A DNA stretch of 64,000 bases from the IMG/VR virus record IMGVR_UViG_3300042433_000146, positions 1 through 64,000 of that record; one strand, written 5' to 3'. The notes beneath the pieces were generated by a model. That model saw only the letters and a list, made by a program, of their open reading frames with translations. It ran no database searches and had not been told where the DNA came from. Made by a program: the position numbers and the translations under genes. The stretch comes from a virus. This document shows, in pieces, positions 32,678-43,235 of the stretch; position 1 is the first letter of the stretch; each line of letters starts with the position of its first letter.

Positions 32678-33562
32678 ATGAGCCTTCAATACGCAACTGG
32701 AACGAACGTCCATGCTACGGTCGCGGCGGACAACAAGACCACACTGATCGGAAACATCCAAACGCAACTCACAACCGCCGGATGGACCGTGGTTTCCGGC
32801 GGCGGCACAACTGACGTAAGAATGGCATGCGCGGCGACTCCCCAAGGAAATCAAATCCGCGTTCGGATCTTCGACGGCGGCGGCAACTGTGTTCGCATCC
32901 GGGTCATGAATGTCGCGGAAACCATTGTCATGACCGACAGCGGATACCTTCTTCCGGCGACCAGCAAAACCTTCATCATCAACGCTACCCGTCATCAGTT
33001 TGCGATTTGGTGCGGCGGATCAGACAGCACGCGCGATTTTGTGATGGTGTCAGCAATGTACATTCCGACGCATCTGACCGGTATCACCACACTAGCCTTT
33101 CTGATGAGTCAATCGGTCAACGATACCGACACGACCGACCGTGGCAGTTTCCGGGTCAGCACTTCCTTGCGTCACCCGTCGAACGGATTCAATGGAAATT
33201 TCTTCGGCTTGGTCAACAGCACGGTTATGGAACATGTCGGTGATGGCACTACGACCGCAAGACAGGGCGTGCCGGGGCTTCTCTTACCCCGCCCGGCGGA
33301 TAACACAACGACGCCACAGCAAGCGATGTGGCACGACTCTTCGTCGTTCATCTTGGAGCCGCTGATGGGATGGGGTCTTTCGGACATCAATGATCCGTGG
33401 CGGATCTACGGCCAAATCTGGAATGCGGCGATCAACACCGAAGCGTTCACGATGGATCAGGTGCCGACCGCATTCAACGGGAAGAACTGGATCAACCTGA
33501 CCAGCAACAACACCGGCAACAACTATTCGGCCCGTGGAAGCCTGTTCTTGACCACACCGTAA
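32678..33562 (+). CDS. virion protein, xIQY family copy 1
   Basis: AGWT..SG.G.T...TPQG...WHD...PL..WG...GQIW. Confidence 0.65.
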   Translation: MSLQYATGTNVHATVAADNKTTLIGNIQTQLTTAGWTVVSGGGTTDVRMACAATPQGNQIRVRIFDGGGNCVRIRVMNVAETIVMTDSGYLLPATSKTFIINATRHQFAIWCGGSDSTRDFVMVSAMYIPTHLTGITTLAFLMSQSVNDTDTTDRGSFRVSTSLRHPSNGFNGNFFGLVNSTVMEHVGDGTTTARQGVPGLLLPRPADNTTTPQQAMWHDSSSFILEPLMGWGLSDINDPWRIYGQIWNAAINTEAFTMDQVPTAFNGKNWINLTSNNTGNNYSARGSLFLTTP

Positions 33563-33581
33563 TCGGGAGAGACACAACTGA

Positions 33582-33968
33582 ATGTCCCAACTATCAGACT
33601 ACGCGGAAAACGCCCTATTCAATGCTCTCTTGCGCAACGTAGCTTTTACGTCGCCTACGACAGTGTATGTCGCACTTTTCACAACCAACCCGACCGATGC
33701 CGGGAGTGGCACAGAAGTTTCGGTTGGTAACTACGTCCGCCAGCCTGTGACCTTCGGGGCACCGTCGAACGGCGTGGGTTCAAACAGTGGACAAGTCACA
33801 TGGGACCCGGCTTCGGTTGCATTTGGAACGATCACGCACGTCGGTCTATACGACGCGGCGACCAGTGGCAATCTGCTGATGCATGCGGCGTTAGCGGCAT
33901 CGAAAGTCATTGGCGCGGGAGACATTTTCCGTATCTCGATTGGATCACTGGTCGCAACGTTTGCTTAA
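33582..33968 (+). CDS. small phage tail protein
   Basis: LSDYAENALFNALLR...YVALFT..P...GTEVS..NYVRQ. Confidence 0.7.
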   Translation: MSQLSDYAENALFNALLRNVAFTSPTTVYVALFTTNPTDAGSGTEVSVGNYVRQPVTFGAPSNGVGSNSGQVTWDPASVAFGTITHVGLYDAATSGNLLMHAALAASKVIGAGDIFRISIGSLVATFA

Positions 33969-33980
33969 GAGGTAGCTACT

Positions 33981-34382
33981 ATGCCAATGAGTTTCTACCT
34001 TCAGAATCGGGTCCTGCAAGCTACGCTCCAAGGGGATGTTTTCACTTGGCCCACAGCTATGTTTGTCGGACTCCACACCGCCGATCCAACAGCATCAACG
34101 GCGACAGCATTGACCACGGAAGTCACGGGTAATGGATACCTTCGCCAAGCGGCGACGTTCACGGAGCCTGACGGAAGCTATTTGACGTTCAACACGGCGG
34201 ATATCACGTTCGGCCCGGCGAATCCAAATGCATGGGGAGCGATTACGTTCATAAGTATTTGGGACGCGGCATCAAGCGGAAATCTTTTGTACTACGGAGC
34301 ACTGAGTTCAACCGTCACGATCAATGCTCTTGATTCATTTTTGTTGGCAAGTGGCGGGTTGAGTATACAGTTCACAATCTAA
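33981..34382 (+). CDS. small phage tail protein, paralogue of 33582..33968
   Basis: FVGLHTADP...EVTGNGYLRQ...WDAASSGNLL. Confidence 0.7.
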   Translation: MPMSFYLQNRVLQATLQGDVFTWPTAMFVGLHTADPTASTATALTTEVTGNGYLRQAATFTEPDGSYLTFNTADITFGPANPNAWGAITFISIWDAASSGNLLYYGALSSTVTINALDSFLLASGGLSIQFTI

Positions 34383-35599
34383 TGGCAATTCAGTACGTTG
34401 ACAGAAATGGTGACGCGGTAGGAACGGTTTCCGGGCCTTACACGATCAGTGCGTCCAATGATAAGCTGACATTCACCATCGATGGTGGCGCTGCACAGAA
34501 CTTCACTTTGACAAGTGGAACCAGAACAGCCGCTCAAATCGTTGCGGACTTGGCGGGATTGACCGGGGCGACTGCTAGTGTAGTTTCAATTCCGGGCGGC
34601 GCTGAATATGTTCGAATTCGAACGACCAGCGCTCTTGGAACCGGTTCCACAATTCTTGTTGGAGCACCGGCCAATAATGCCAATGCGACGCTTGGTTTTT
34701 TGGCAACAACCTACAACGGTGGAGCAAACGTTAGCGCTTCATTCGTGACTAGCACAAAAGCCAACATTCGAGACAACCTTGAAACTCAATTACTTGCCGC
34801 CGGGTGGCTCACAATTTCCGGGTCGGGTACGACGAACCTTCTAATGCAATCTGCGATGACTCCGCAAGGTCTTCGCATGCGGCTTCGTATCCGTGACAAC
34901 GGCAACACATGTTTGGTTCTGTCTATCGAAAACGCACAAGGTTCGCGCGCGCACGCAAGCAACACGAACAGCGGAGCACAATTGAATCCGGGATCAAGCC
35001 GGAACTGGCGAATCATCGCTAACAAGTATCAAGCCTTTTTGTTCGAACCGGGCGGGAATGTGGCACGTGGTTATGCTGGATGGGGTGTGTTGTGGATTCC
35101 ACCGTGGTTGGAAGGCCAAATTTGGGAATGTATTTGGTTGAGTAGCAATGCTTCGAGCGATTCCGATACAACCGTTCGCGGAAGTTTCCGGGGAGAATTC
35201 GGGACGCGCGGGGCGACGAATCAAACAGGCAACCAACAGATCATTGGCAATGGGAACATGTGGGAGAATGCCAACAACACCGGAAACGACAATATAACCT
35301 TAATCAACTTGCTTGTTTTGTGGCAAGGATGTAACATGGCCCGCAATGCGCTGTCGTGGTACCGGTGGCACGACGATGCCGCTTTGATACTCGAACCCTT
35401 CATGGCATTCACAATGGTGGCTAACATTGCTGAAGAAGCCAAAGTAAGAGGAACTCTTTGGGACGCTTTCATTTCGATGGAGCAATACGCCATCGATACA
35501 ACCACGACAATGGATGGACGGAACTGGTGGAACATCACGAATAACAATGCTGGCGGCACAGATACCGCTCACGGATCTCTTTTCATCGCAACATCGTAA
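34382..35599 (+). CDS. virion protein, xIQY family copy 2
   Basis: MAIQYVDRN..., shared motifs. Confidence 0.7.
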   Translation: MAIQYVDRNGDAVGTVSGPYTISASNDKLTFTIDGGAAQNFTLTSGTRTAAQIVADLAGLTGATASVVSIPGGAEYVRIRTTSALGTGSTILVGAPANNANATLGFLATTYNGGANVSASFVTSTKANIRDNLETQLLAAGWLTISGSGTTNLLMQSAMTPQGLRMRLRIRDNGNTCLVLSIENAQGSRAHASNTNSGAQLNPGSSRNWRIIANKYQAFLFEPGGNVARGYAGWGVLWIPPWLEGQIWECIWLSSNASSDSDTTVRGSFRGEFGTRGATNQTGNQQIIGNGNMWENANNTGNDNITLINLLVLWQGCNMARNALSWYRWHDDAALILEPFMAFTMVANIAEEAKVRGTLWDAFISMEQYAIDTTTTMDGRNWWNITNNNAGGTDTAHGSLFIATS

Positions 35600-35605
35600 A
35601 CTACT

Positions 35606-36841
35606 ATGTCCATTCAATACGTTCCAGAATACGCCCGCATTGTGACGACCAATCCCGCCCCATACAATCTGACAGGATCAAACAACATTCTTCAGATCAA
35701 AGTAGACGGAGGATCTACACAGACAGTTACGCTCACAACCGGCGGATCGCGCACAGCGGCCAACATCGTTTCAGATTGTGGTGTCTTGACGGGTGTAACC
35801 CCGGCGGTCGTCACCGTTAACGGACAGGATTTTGTGTCTTTCACAACGACAACTAGCAACGGAAGCACATCATCCATTGAAGTTCTCAGTCCAGTCAACA
35901 ATGTGAATGCAACATTTGGTATCGCCACGGTTGACGGGACACCAAGATATTCAACAATCATTGGACCAGTAACGACCAAACAACAAATCATCGATGCGAC
36001 CGAAGCGGCATTGCTTCGGGTAGGATGGTCTACGATCAGCGGATCGGGTAGCACCAATCTTCTAATGCAATCTTCGATGACACCACAAGGACTTCGATTC
36101 CGCCTTCGGGTTAGAGATAACGGTGGGAACAACGCTTGTTTTGGTATCGAAAATGTAGCCGGAACAAGAGTCGGAACCAGCAATATAAACGGAATTGGTC
36201 TGATTTTTCCGGCCAGTCGCACATACCGGATCATTGCCAACAAGTATCAATTCTTCATATACGAAGAAAATTCAGGACAGGTAAACGCCACTTCCGCTCC
36301 TTTTCGAAGCAATGTATTTTGTGGTGTTCCTTGGATTCCATCCAATCTAACGGGAACGCTCTACGAATCCATCTGGTTAATTGCTAATGCTTCATCTGAC
36401 GGAGATAACTCTACGCGCGGAAGTCTTCGAGAAGTTCTAGGTTCTCGAAATAGCAACGTAGGCGGCAACGGCAATCTCACTGTTATTTGCAACAACAACA
36501 TTTGGGAAAGTTTTGTCAACTCCAATATGAATGGCATTGGCATGCCTTGTCTGATTACGATATGGCAGGGATGTCGTATTCAAAGACAAGCCTATTCATG
36601 GTTTCGGTGGCACGACGATAGTGAGTTTATGGTTGATCCGCTAATCGCATGGGGTCTTACTTCACAGAATGACGAAGCTAAAATTCGTGGGATGTTGTGG
36701 GATTCTTTCATTCAGGTGGGCGGTCCATATGAACCGGGGTTATCAGTTTCGATGGGAGGAAGAACATTCATGCCAATCACCATCAACAATTACGGGTCTA
36801 ACGAAAATGCGCGCGGTGCGCTGTTTACAGCCATCAGCTAA
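35606..36841 (+). CDS. virion protein, xIQY family copy 3
   Basis: MSIQYVPE..., shared motifs. Confidence 0.7.
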   Translation: MSIQYVPEYARIVTTNPAPYNLTGSNNILQIKVDGGSTQTVTLTTGGSRTAANIVSDCGVLTGVTPAVVTVNGQDFVSFTTTTSNGSTSSIEVLSPVNNVNATFGIATVDGTPRYSTIIGPVTTKQQIIDATEAALLRVGWSTISGSGSTNLLMQSSMTPQGLRFRLRVRDNGGNNACFGIENVAGTRVGTSNINGIGLIFPASRTYRIIANKYQFFIYEENSGQVNATSAPFRSNVFCGVPWIPSNLTGTLYESIWLIANASSDGDNSTRGSLREVLGSRNSNVGGNGNLTVICNNNIWESFVNSNMNGIGMPCLITIWQGCRIQRQAYSWFRWHDDSEFMVDPLIAWGLTSQNDEAKIRGMLWDSFIQVGGPYEPGLSVSMGGRTFMPITINNYGSNENARGALFTAIS

Positions 36842-36861
36842 GAGAGGAAAAAGAGAAACAC

Positions 36862-38091
36862 ATGGCAATTCAATACGTCGATAGAAACGCGGATCTTTGC
36901 TGCAATGTTGCGGGGCCGTATGTCGTCACTGGATCTAACAATCAGCTATCGATCAATGTCAACGGAACCGGCAATCAGGTTTTCTCCCTGACCACAGGGA
37001 CGCGAACGGCGGCGGATATTGTTGCTGATTTGAGCGGTCTGACCGGAGCGACGGCTAGTGTCATCACAGTGAACACTGCAACCTATGTGCGCATCCGCAC
37101 GACTAGTGCAACGGGACTTAGCTCAACGATTGTAGTCAACGCCCCGACCAACAACTGCAACGCTTTGCTTGGGTTGATCGCAACGACTTACCACGGTGGT
37201 TCAAATGTCGCCAGCAACTTTGTCGGATCAACCAAGCAACAGATCATCAACGGAATTGAAACAGCGATGCTGGCGGCTGGATGGATCACGATTTCAGGTT
37301 CGAACACGACGAACTTGTTGATGCAATCTTCCCTTTCGCCCGATCCACAGAATCTTCGCATCCGGGCGCGTATTCGCGACAACGGAAACAACTGTGTTGT
37401 TATCTCTATCGAAAATGTTCCGGGCAGCAAAGTTGGAGCAAACGGAACCGGCAACGGAATTCAGTTGTTGCCGTTAACAGCACGCGGCTGGCGGGTGATC
37501 GCCAACAAATATCAAGTGTTTGTCTTATCGCCGGGAACACTCGAAAATCGAACATTCGGTGCTTTTGGTGTGCCATATCTTCCTTCGTTCCTGTGTGGGA
37601 AAATTTGGGAGGCGGCATGGCTTCAGGCCAACGCAAACTCTGATACCGATACGTCAAGTGCCGGATTTTATGGATGTCGTCTTTGCTTCCGTGTCATTCT
37701 TGGTACCGACTACAACTACACATTCAATGGTGCTGTCCAAACACAGAATCTTTGTAATGGATATCTGTGGGAAAATCAGGTAGCATCTTCTTCGGCCAAT
37801 CAACAACTAATGTCGATGTTTTCTTCTTACAACGGAACGGTGCCTAGCGCACACCGTTACTGGCATGACGGTAGTGCGATTCTATCCGATCCCCTGATTA
37901 TATGGGGAACAACTAACACCACGGAAGGAACTATCAAAGGACAGCTTTGGGATGCTTTTGTGTCATCCGACACCTATGTCATGGACACGATATTGTCCAA
38001 CATCGATTCGCGCAACTGGCAAGTTATCACCCACAGTAACGTTGGTATTGCCAATCCTATTCGTGGATCTCTAGTAGTTGCGGTCCCATAA
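36862..38091 (+). CDS. virion protein, xIQY family copy 4
   Basis: MAIQYVDRN..., shared motifs. Confidence 0.7.
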   Translation: MAIQYVDRNADLCCNVAGPYVVTGSNNQLSINVNGTGNQVFSLTTGTRTAADIVADLSGLTGATASVITVNTATYVRIRTTSATGLSSTIVVNAPTNNCNALLGLIATTYHGGSNVASNFVGSTKQQIINGIETAMLAAGWITISGSNTTNLLMQSSLSPDPQNLRIRARIRDNGNNCVVISIENVPGSKVGANGTGNGIQLLPLTARGWRVIANKYQVFVLSPGTLENRTFGAFGVPYLPSFLCGKIWEAAWLQANANSDTDTSSAGFYGCRLCFRVILGTDYNYTFNGAVQTQNLCNGYLWENQVASSSANQQLMSMFSSYNGTVPSAHRYWHDGSAILSDPLIIWGTTNTTEGTIKGQLWDAFVSSDTYVMDTILSNIDSRNWQVITHSNVGIANPIRGSLVVAVP

Positions 38092-38106
38092 GAAGGAAAC
38101 ATCGGA

Positions 38107-39924
38107 GTGCCGGGAAGACAGACATTCACGCTTCAGCTAATTTCGAATAGCTGGACAGCGAATACGACAGCAATTCAAGCCATCAGCACAGACATGCGCG
38201 GTGGCTTTGTTGCTATTCCGTCTTCCCTTTCCTTCACATCGGCTAGCAAGCTATCGCGGGGCGGCGGTGGTGTTTTTGACTTTGTGTCTAGTAATGGATT
38301 GCGTCCTGATGCAAATGCAATTGGTACCTACAAACTCTGGACGGGTACCGATGACACGGACGTTCCACAATTCCTTACAGTTATACCCACAACTGTCAAT
38401 TTGTTCACCACAGCACCGATTTTTACTGACACCGAATTCATATTTGTTGTGTACGGTTCGTGGGATGACAGTATTTTCACATGGAACGATGGTGATAGTG
38501 TCTGGACGGCAGGGTGGAGTGCAATTCCGTCGTCTCTTTCTTTCACAGCGACCAGTAAGCTGTCACGGGGCGGTGGCGGCGTCATTAGTATTCTCAATAG
38601 TCGTAACAGCGTTACTAACGAAGGAAACGTTTTCGGAAACTATTTCTTTGAAACCGGCACACTACAGGCATCGGGCGGCGGTGACGTTATCAATGGCACC
38701 GCTGCGATCACCGTTTCGTTGCAAGTCGGGGCGGGTGTTCTCATCAACGGGGCGGCATCTTTTTCTGCCACTGGAAATCTTACCGCAATCCTGACCAAAG
38801 AAGAAACCGGCGTACCATCTTCCGTCGCGGTAGCGGGAACTCTCACCTGTAACGCGAATGCTTCCGTGACGATTGAAACGGGAATGTATGGCGGCATCGT
38901 GACCAACAACCGGTTTGTAGAACCACAAGAAACCATTGCCGGATCGATGGTGCTCAGCGGAGTCACGGCGCGTTTCAGCGATCTATACTCCGGTTACTAC
39001 GACCGTCGCTTGGTGTGGGGGTATACGAACTACCCCGCCGCCAACTTTAGACAGCCCCGTTCTGTCTTGATGACCGGGTATGATTGGAGTTCAGTCAATC
39101 TGAACGTCTACAGTGTCATGGAAGAAGATGTTACCCCAACGTCCAGTACGTTGGGCGGCGTCACATCATGGACATCAGATTTCTATTCGGGATACACCGC
39201 AAATCAAGTCGGTACGTTAGACACCCTGACTTATGCAAGAGCTACACAAGTCGTTAGCGAAGTGCTGGCGCAAGTCAGTTCTAATGCTCGGTTATCACAG
39301 GTCGCACATGAAGTTTTGGTGTCACCGGGGAGCCGGGCGCGCCACACTCAAACGGCGGTTGAAGTTCTCCGTCAAATTAACGTTGGATGGATTCAGCAAG
39401 AAGCGGTTGAGGCCATTGGCAATCAGATCAGCGCATTGCGGTATGCGTTAATCCAACAATGCGCCGTGGAAGTCATGTACTCCATCAAGGCCAAAGTCAA
39501 TCTGACCCAAGTCGCAACCGAACTTCTGAAGGGAGCAAATCCGAATCCGCCTGTGAACGTCACTTCGGTGGCGACGGAAGTACTTCGTCAAAGAACAGAA
39601 ATCGACACAACCCCGTCTTTCGTGCAACAGGTGGCTCTTGAATCTTTGCGGAACGCTCCGAACCCGCCCGCCGTTATCAACCACATGGCGCTGGAATATG
39701 TCGTTCAGCCGTACCCGCCCGCCGTTATCAATCATGTGGCGCTGGAATGGTTCCGTAACGCAACAAGCATCCCGGCGGTCATCAATCACGTGGCGCTCGA
39801 AAAGAGCCGAACGGCGGATATTACACCGGCATTGGTTCATCACATCGCCGTCGAAATACTGGTCCGGCCAGAATTCGACCCAACGGTGTCGAGCCTTATC
39901 AACAACCCGAAGTTTTACTTCTAA
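38107..39924 (+). CDS. virion protein with ~12 C-terminal Q/HVAxEVL repeats
   Basis: Internal duplication AIPSSLSFT...KLSRGGGG x2 and a repeat array. Confidence 0.7.
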   Translation: MPGRQTFTLQLISNSWTANTTAIQAISTDMRGGFVAIPSSLSFTSASKLSRGGGGVFDFVSSNGLRPDANAIGTYKLWTGTDDTDVPQFLTVIPTTVNLFTTAPIFTDTEFIFVVYGSWDDSIFTWNDGDSVWTAGWSAIPSSLSFTATSKLSRGGGGVISILNSRNSVTNEGNVFGNYFFETGTLQASGGGDVINGTAAITVSLQVGAGVLINGAASFSATGNLTAILTKEETGVPSSVAVAGTLTCNANASVTIETGMYGGIVTNNRFVEPQETIAGSMVLSGVTARFSDLYSGYYDRRLVWGYTNYPAANFRQPRSVLMTGYDWSSVNLNVYSVMEEDVTPTSSTLGGVTSWTSDFYSGYTANQVGTLDTLTYARATQVVSEVLAQVSSNARLSQVAHEVLVSPGSRARHTQTAVEVLRQINVGWIQQEAVEAIGNQISALRYALIQQCAVEVMYSIKAKVNLTQVATELLKGANPNPPVNVTSVATEVLRQRTEIDTTPSFVQQVALESLRNAPNPPAVINHMALEYVVQPYPPAVINHVALEWFRNATSIPAVINHVALEKSRTADITPALVHHIAVEILVRPEFDPTVSSLINNPKFYF

Positions 39925-39927
39925 ATA
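39922..39927 (+). promoter_or_regulatory. T4-type late promoter
   Basis: TAAATA 9 nt before ATG 39937. Confidence 0.7.
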
Positions 39928-39936
39928 CCAGTCAGC

Positions 39937-40914
39937 ATGGCGAACCCAAATACTTCAACATTCCCGTATGCGATCCCCACGGATTCTATCCTCATGGTCG
40001 CATCGGACAATGCGCAATCCCCACTCACGGCGGATATCGACGACACCCAAACTTCGATCCCTGTCAGCGACGGTTCGGTGTTTGAAACGCCGTGTCTCAT
40101 TGGCATCGACGACGAAATCATTTCCGTAGCCGGTCGGAGCGGGAACAATCTCACTCCATGCATTCGCGGTGTTAGCGGCACCACGGCGGTAGCCCACACC
40201 GACAATACCCCGGTATTGGGTTATGTCTTTGCATACCACCACAACCAAGTCGCGGCGGAAATTCAATCGTTGAGCGGATTCACTTTTCAGAACGCCATGC
40301 GCGGGTTGGATCGGCTGGAAAACCTTCTCTCCTACAGCGAAGAATTAGAAAATGTGGCGTGGAACAAATACACCGGGACTACGGTACCGGCCACAAATAT
40401 CGCGGCACCGAACGGGACCAATACCGGGCGGCGGCTCTTGGAAGGAAGTGGTTCGGGTCGTCATGGTGTGGGAGCCAGCTATAGTACTCTGACCGATGGC
40501 ACGGCTATCGTCATCAGCGTCTATGCCAAGAAACAATCTTTGGATTGGATTTGTATCGGCCAAAACATCAACGGAGAAACCGGTCGCCGGGCATGGTTCA
40601 ACATCAACACCGGAACGATTGGCACCGTAGGAGCCAGCGCTAAGGCCACCATCGTCGATGTTGGCAACGGATGGTACCGCTGTTTGGTCGAAACAACCCA
40701 AACTACGAACGTCACCAAAACATTCGATATCGTCATGACAACGGGCGATAGCACGGTGACGTATAACGGGACTTCCACAAATGCCACCTACTTTTGGGGA
40801 GCACAAGTTCGGCAAGGAACCATGAACGAAAAACAGCAGTACGTTGTCACCACCGGAACCACGGTTTCCGTACAACAGGGCGGCATCGTCCTAGATGAAG
40901 GGGATTTGAGCTAA
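39937..40914 (+). CDS. virion/tail-fibre protein with carbohydrate-binding-like C-domain
   Basis: NLLSYSEE...W; VGNGWYRC; YFWGAQV. Confidence 0.7.
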   Translation: MANPNTSTFPYAIPTDSILMVASDNAQSPLTADIDDTQTSIPVSDGSVFETPCLIGIDDEIISVAGRSGNNLTPCIRGVSGTTAVAHTDNTPVLGYVFAYHHNQVAAEIQSLSGFTFQNAMRGLDRLENLLSYSEELENVAWNKYTGTTVPATNIAAPNGTNTGRRLLEGSGSGRHGVGASYSTLTDGTAIVISVYAKKQSLDWICIGQNINGETGRRAWFNINTGTIGTVGASAKATIVDVGNGWYRCLVETTQTTNVTKTFDIVMTTGDSTVTYNGTSTNATYFWGAQVRQGTMNEKQQYVVTTGTTVSVQQGGIVLDEGDLS

Positions 40915-42560
40915 TGGGCGTACCTATTCAACGGCGGGGCGGCACTACGTCCCAACATTCGAGCTTCACCGGCAAACCGCGTGAAGTGACCATCGACACG
41001 ACCAAATGGACTGTAGTCGTACATGACGGGTCCACGCTTGGCGGTTATCCGTTAGCAAAGGAAATCCACGTCCACGGAAATGCAACGACCAGTGTGGCTG
41101 GATTCATGTCAGCGACGGACAAAACAAAACTAGACAACCTTCCAAGCTCTGTCGTCTATCAGCAAGTCCAAACCAACAACACACCGGGGCCAACGCGGTC
41201 GGCACTCAACTTCACGGCGTCTTTCGCAGTAACCGATGACAACGCCGGAAACAAAACCACCATCGATCTGAGCGATCTTGGCATTGTCCCGGCACAGTAT
41301 ACGAAGGTCACGGTGAGTGCGCAAGGCCGGGTGACCGCTGCAACTGTTCTTTCAGCGGCGGACATTCCAAGTTTGACATCGGCCAAGATCACCGATTTCA
41401 ATGCGACAGTCCAGACCAACCGGTTAGACCAACTGACCGGTCCTACTGGTTCGGTCAATCTCAACTCACAGAAGATCATCAACCTGTTGGACCCGACAAA
41501 TCCACAGGACGCGGCGACAAAAGCATATGTCGATTCCGCGCGCGTCGGTTTGGAGTTCAAAGAGTCTGTCCGGGCAGCGACGACGGCGAACATCAACTTG
41601 ACTTTGCCGGGCACCACTATCGACGGTGTAACGCTGGTCAACGGGGATCGGGTCTTGCTCAAGGATCAGACCACGACATCACAAAATGGCATCTATGTGT
41701 TTGCGGGACCGTCAACACCCCTCAGCCGGGCGGCGGACTCGAATACAAACGATGAAATGTTGCCGGGCACATTCGTGTTGGTCACTGAAGGCTCTACCAA
41801 CGGCGACACGGCATGGGTTCTTGCTACGGATGCTCCGATCACTTTGAACACTACCGGATTGGATTGGGTACAGTTCTCCGGGGCGAACAACGTGGCGGCG
41901 GGCGATGGTCTATCCAAAGTCGGCAATACTTTGAGCGTGCGCACATCGAACGCAAGCCGTATCGTTGTGGGTGGAACGGGTGTGGATTTGGCGACCACGG
42001 GTGTCGGGGCGGGCACATACAACACGCTGACAGTTGATGTCTACGGGCGAATCACCGCCGCGACAAACACGGCCTTCCAAGCACAGAACACTCTACTGAC
42101 CAATTTGGTTGGTTTGGGATCTTCTATCGGCATTGTGGCGAAAACTGCTACCAGCACGGTGGCGACGCGCACCTTGACCGCTGGTACCGGTATCAGCATC
42201 ACCAACGGCGATGGCGTCAGTGGCGATCCTACCATTGCACAGGCGGCGGATACAGTCGTTCAGCGCTTGCGTCTATCGAAAGGCGGCACACTGGTCGGAA
42301 CCCGGCGGGAACTCAACTTCATCGACGGATCTGGTATCAGTATTGATGTGGTGGATGACACTCCAACGAACCGGACCAACGTGACGATCAATCAGACAGG
42401 CGGCGTCTCTTCGAGCGCACAGTTCGTCTGTCTGGCAAACGACGGAACCCTTTCCAATGAGCGTGTCTTGACCGCTGGCACCGGCATCAACATCACCGAT
42501 GGCGGTGCGGGCAATAACGTGACGGTCGCAATTGTTCAAGACCTTGGCGCGGTGCCATAA
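40914..42560 (+). CDS. tail fibre protein
   Basis: IQRRGGTT..H..FTG..REVTIDT N-domain; NPQDAATKAYVD; KESVRAATTANI; GDRVLLKDQT..QNGIY. Confidence 0.85.
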   Translation: MGVPIQRRGGTTSQHSSFTGKPREVTIDTTKWTVVVHDGSTLGGYPLAKEIHVHGNATTSVAGFMSATDKTKLDNLPSSVVYQQVQTNNTPGPTRSALNFTASFAVTDDNAGNKTTIDLSDLGIVPAQYTKVTVSAQGRVTAATVLSAADIPSLTSAKITDFNATVQTNRLDQLTGPTGSVNLNSQKIINLLDPTNPQDAATKAYVDSARVGLEFKESVRAATTANINLTLPGTTIDGVTLVNGDRVLLKDQTTTSQNGIYVFAGPSTPLSRAADSNTNDEMLPGTFVLVTEGSTNGDTAWVLATDAPITLNTTGLDWVQFSGANNVAAGDGLSKVGNTLSVRTSNASRIVVGGTGVDLATTGVGAGTYNTLTVDVYGRITAATNTAFQAQNTLLTNLVGLGSSIGIVAKTATSTVATRTLTAGTGISITNGDGVSGDPTIAQAADTVVQRLRLSKGGTLVGTRRELNFIDGSGISIDVVDDTPTNRTNVTINQTGGVSSSAQFVCLANDGTLSNERVLTAGTGINITDGGAGNNVTVAIVQDLGAVP

Positions 42561-42573
42561 ACCGCACACGTCC

Positions 42574-42579
42574 TAAATG
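42574..42579 (+). promoter_or_regulatory. late promoter variant
   Basis: TAAATG 5 nt before GTG 42585. Confidence 0.55.
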
Positions 42580-42584
42580 TCTTT

Positions 42585-43055
42585 GTGCAACTAGGACAGC
42601 AATTCGTTCTGCTCTACAAAGAGTCTAAGGGACCTTCACGGGCTTTCGCATGTGAAATCATTCACATAGAAGAGAAAGACGTGAAGGTCGCTGTGTTTCA
42701 TCCCGGCGAAGACTTCCGTATCATCAACGCGACGATGGAAGGAAAATTTTTGATCGGTCCACGCGACACGTACATGGAACTCAAAGATCCGAACGTCAAA
42801 GAGAAAGTGACCATCGCCAGATTCCGGGATACTGTACTTGCCCGGCTAACAGAGGCCGAACGGCGCGCCTATGAGAATCCGGCGGGCGACAAGAAAAAGA
42901 AACCGAAGTCCACAGCGGTTCTTCCCGTACAGGAATCTATACCGGAGCCGCCCAAGGTGACCAAGAAAGCAAAGGAACCCGCGCCAGCTAAAAAAGCCCC
43001 GGCGAAAAAAGCCACTAAGAAAGCGGCCAAGAAAAGTCCGAAGAAAAAAGCCTAG
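42585..43055 (+). CDS. hypothetical protein with histone-H1-like K/A tail
   Basis: KKAPAKKATKKAAKKSPKKKA. Confidence 0.65.
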   Translation: MQLGQQFVLLYKESKGPSRAFACEIIHIEEKDVKVAVFHPGEDFRIINATMEGKFLIGPRDTYMELKDPNVKEKVTIARFRDTVLARLTEAERRAYENPAGDKKKKPKSTAVLPVQESIPEPPKVTKKAKEPAPAKKAPAKKATKKAAKKSPKKKA

Positions 43056-43234
43056 TCGTCTTCTGTGTTTTCGTGGTTATATCCACAGCGCGGGCACTTG
43101 GATGGATAAGCGGGAATACCGCGCAATCGCGCCACAAGATTCACGATACCGTTCACCAGCATTCCCAAGAGGATGAAGCATCCGATGAACACCCAAAAAC
43201 CACTGGTAGCGAATTTCAGAAGGTCAAGAAGCAT
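43052..43234 (-). CDS. small membrane protein with CPRC
   Basis: TM segment plus KCPRCG. Confidence 0.55.
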   Translation of the reverse strand: MLLDLLKFATSGFWVFIGCFILLGMLVNGIVNLVARLRGIPAYPSKCPRCGYNHENTEDD

Positions 43235-43235
43235 A

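Noticed and set aside
29185-42560. Diversity-generating retroelement among the fibre paralogues
   Set aside because: No reverse transcriptase in the window. The duplicated segments I compared (38211-73 vs 38521-82) differ at synonymous sites, not specifically at adenines.
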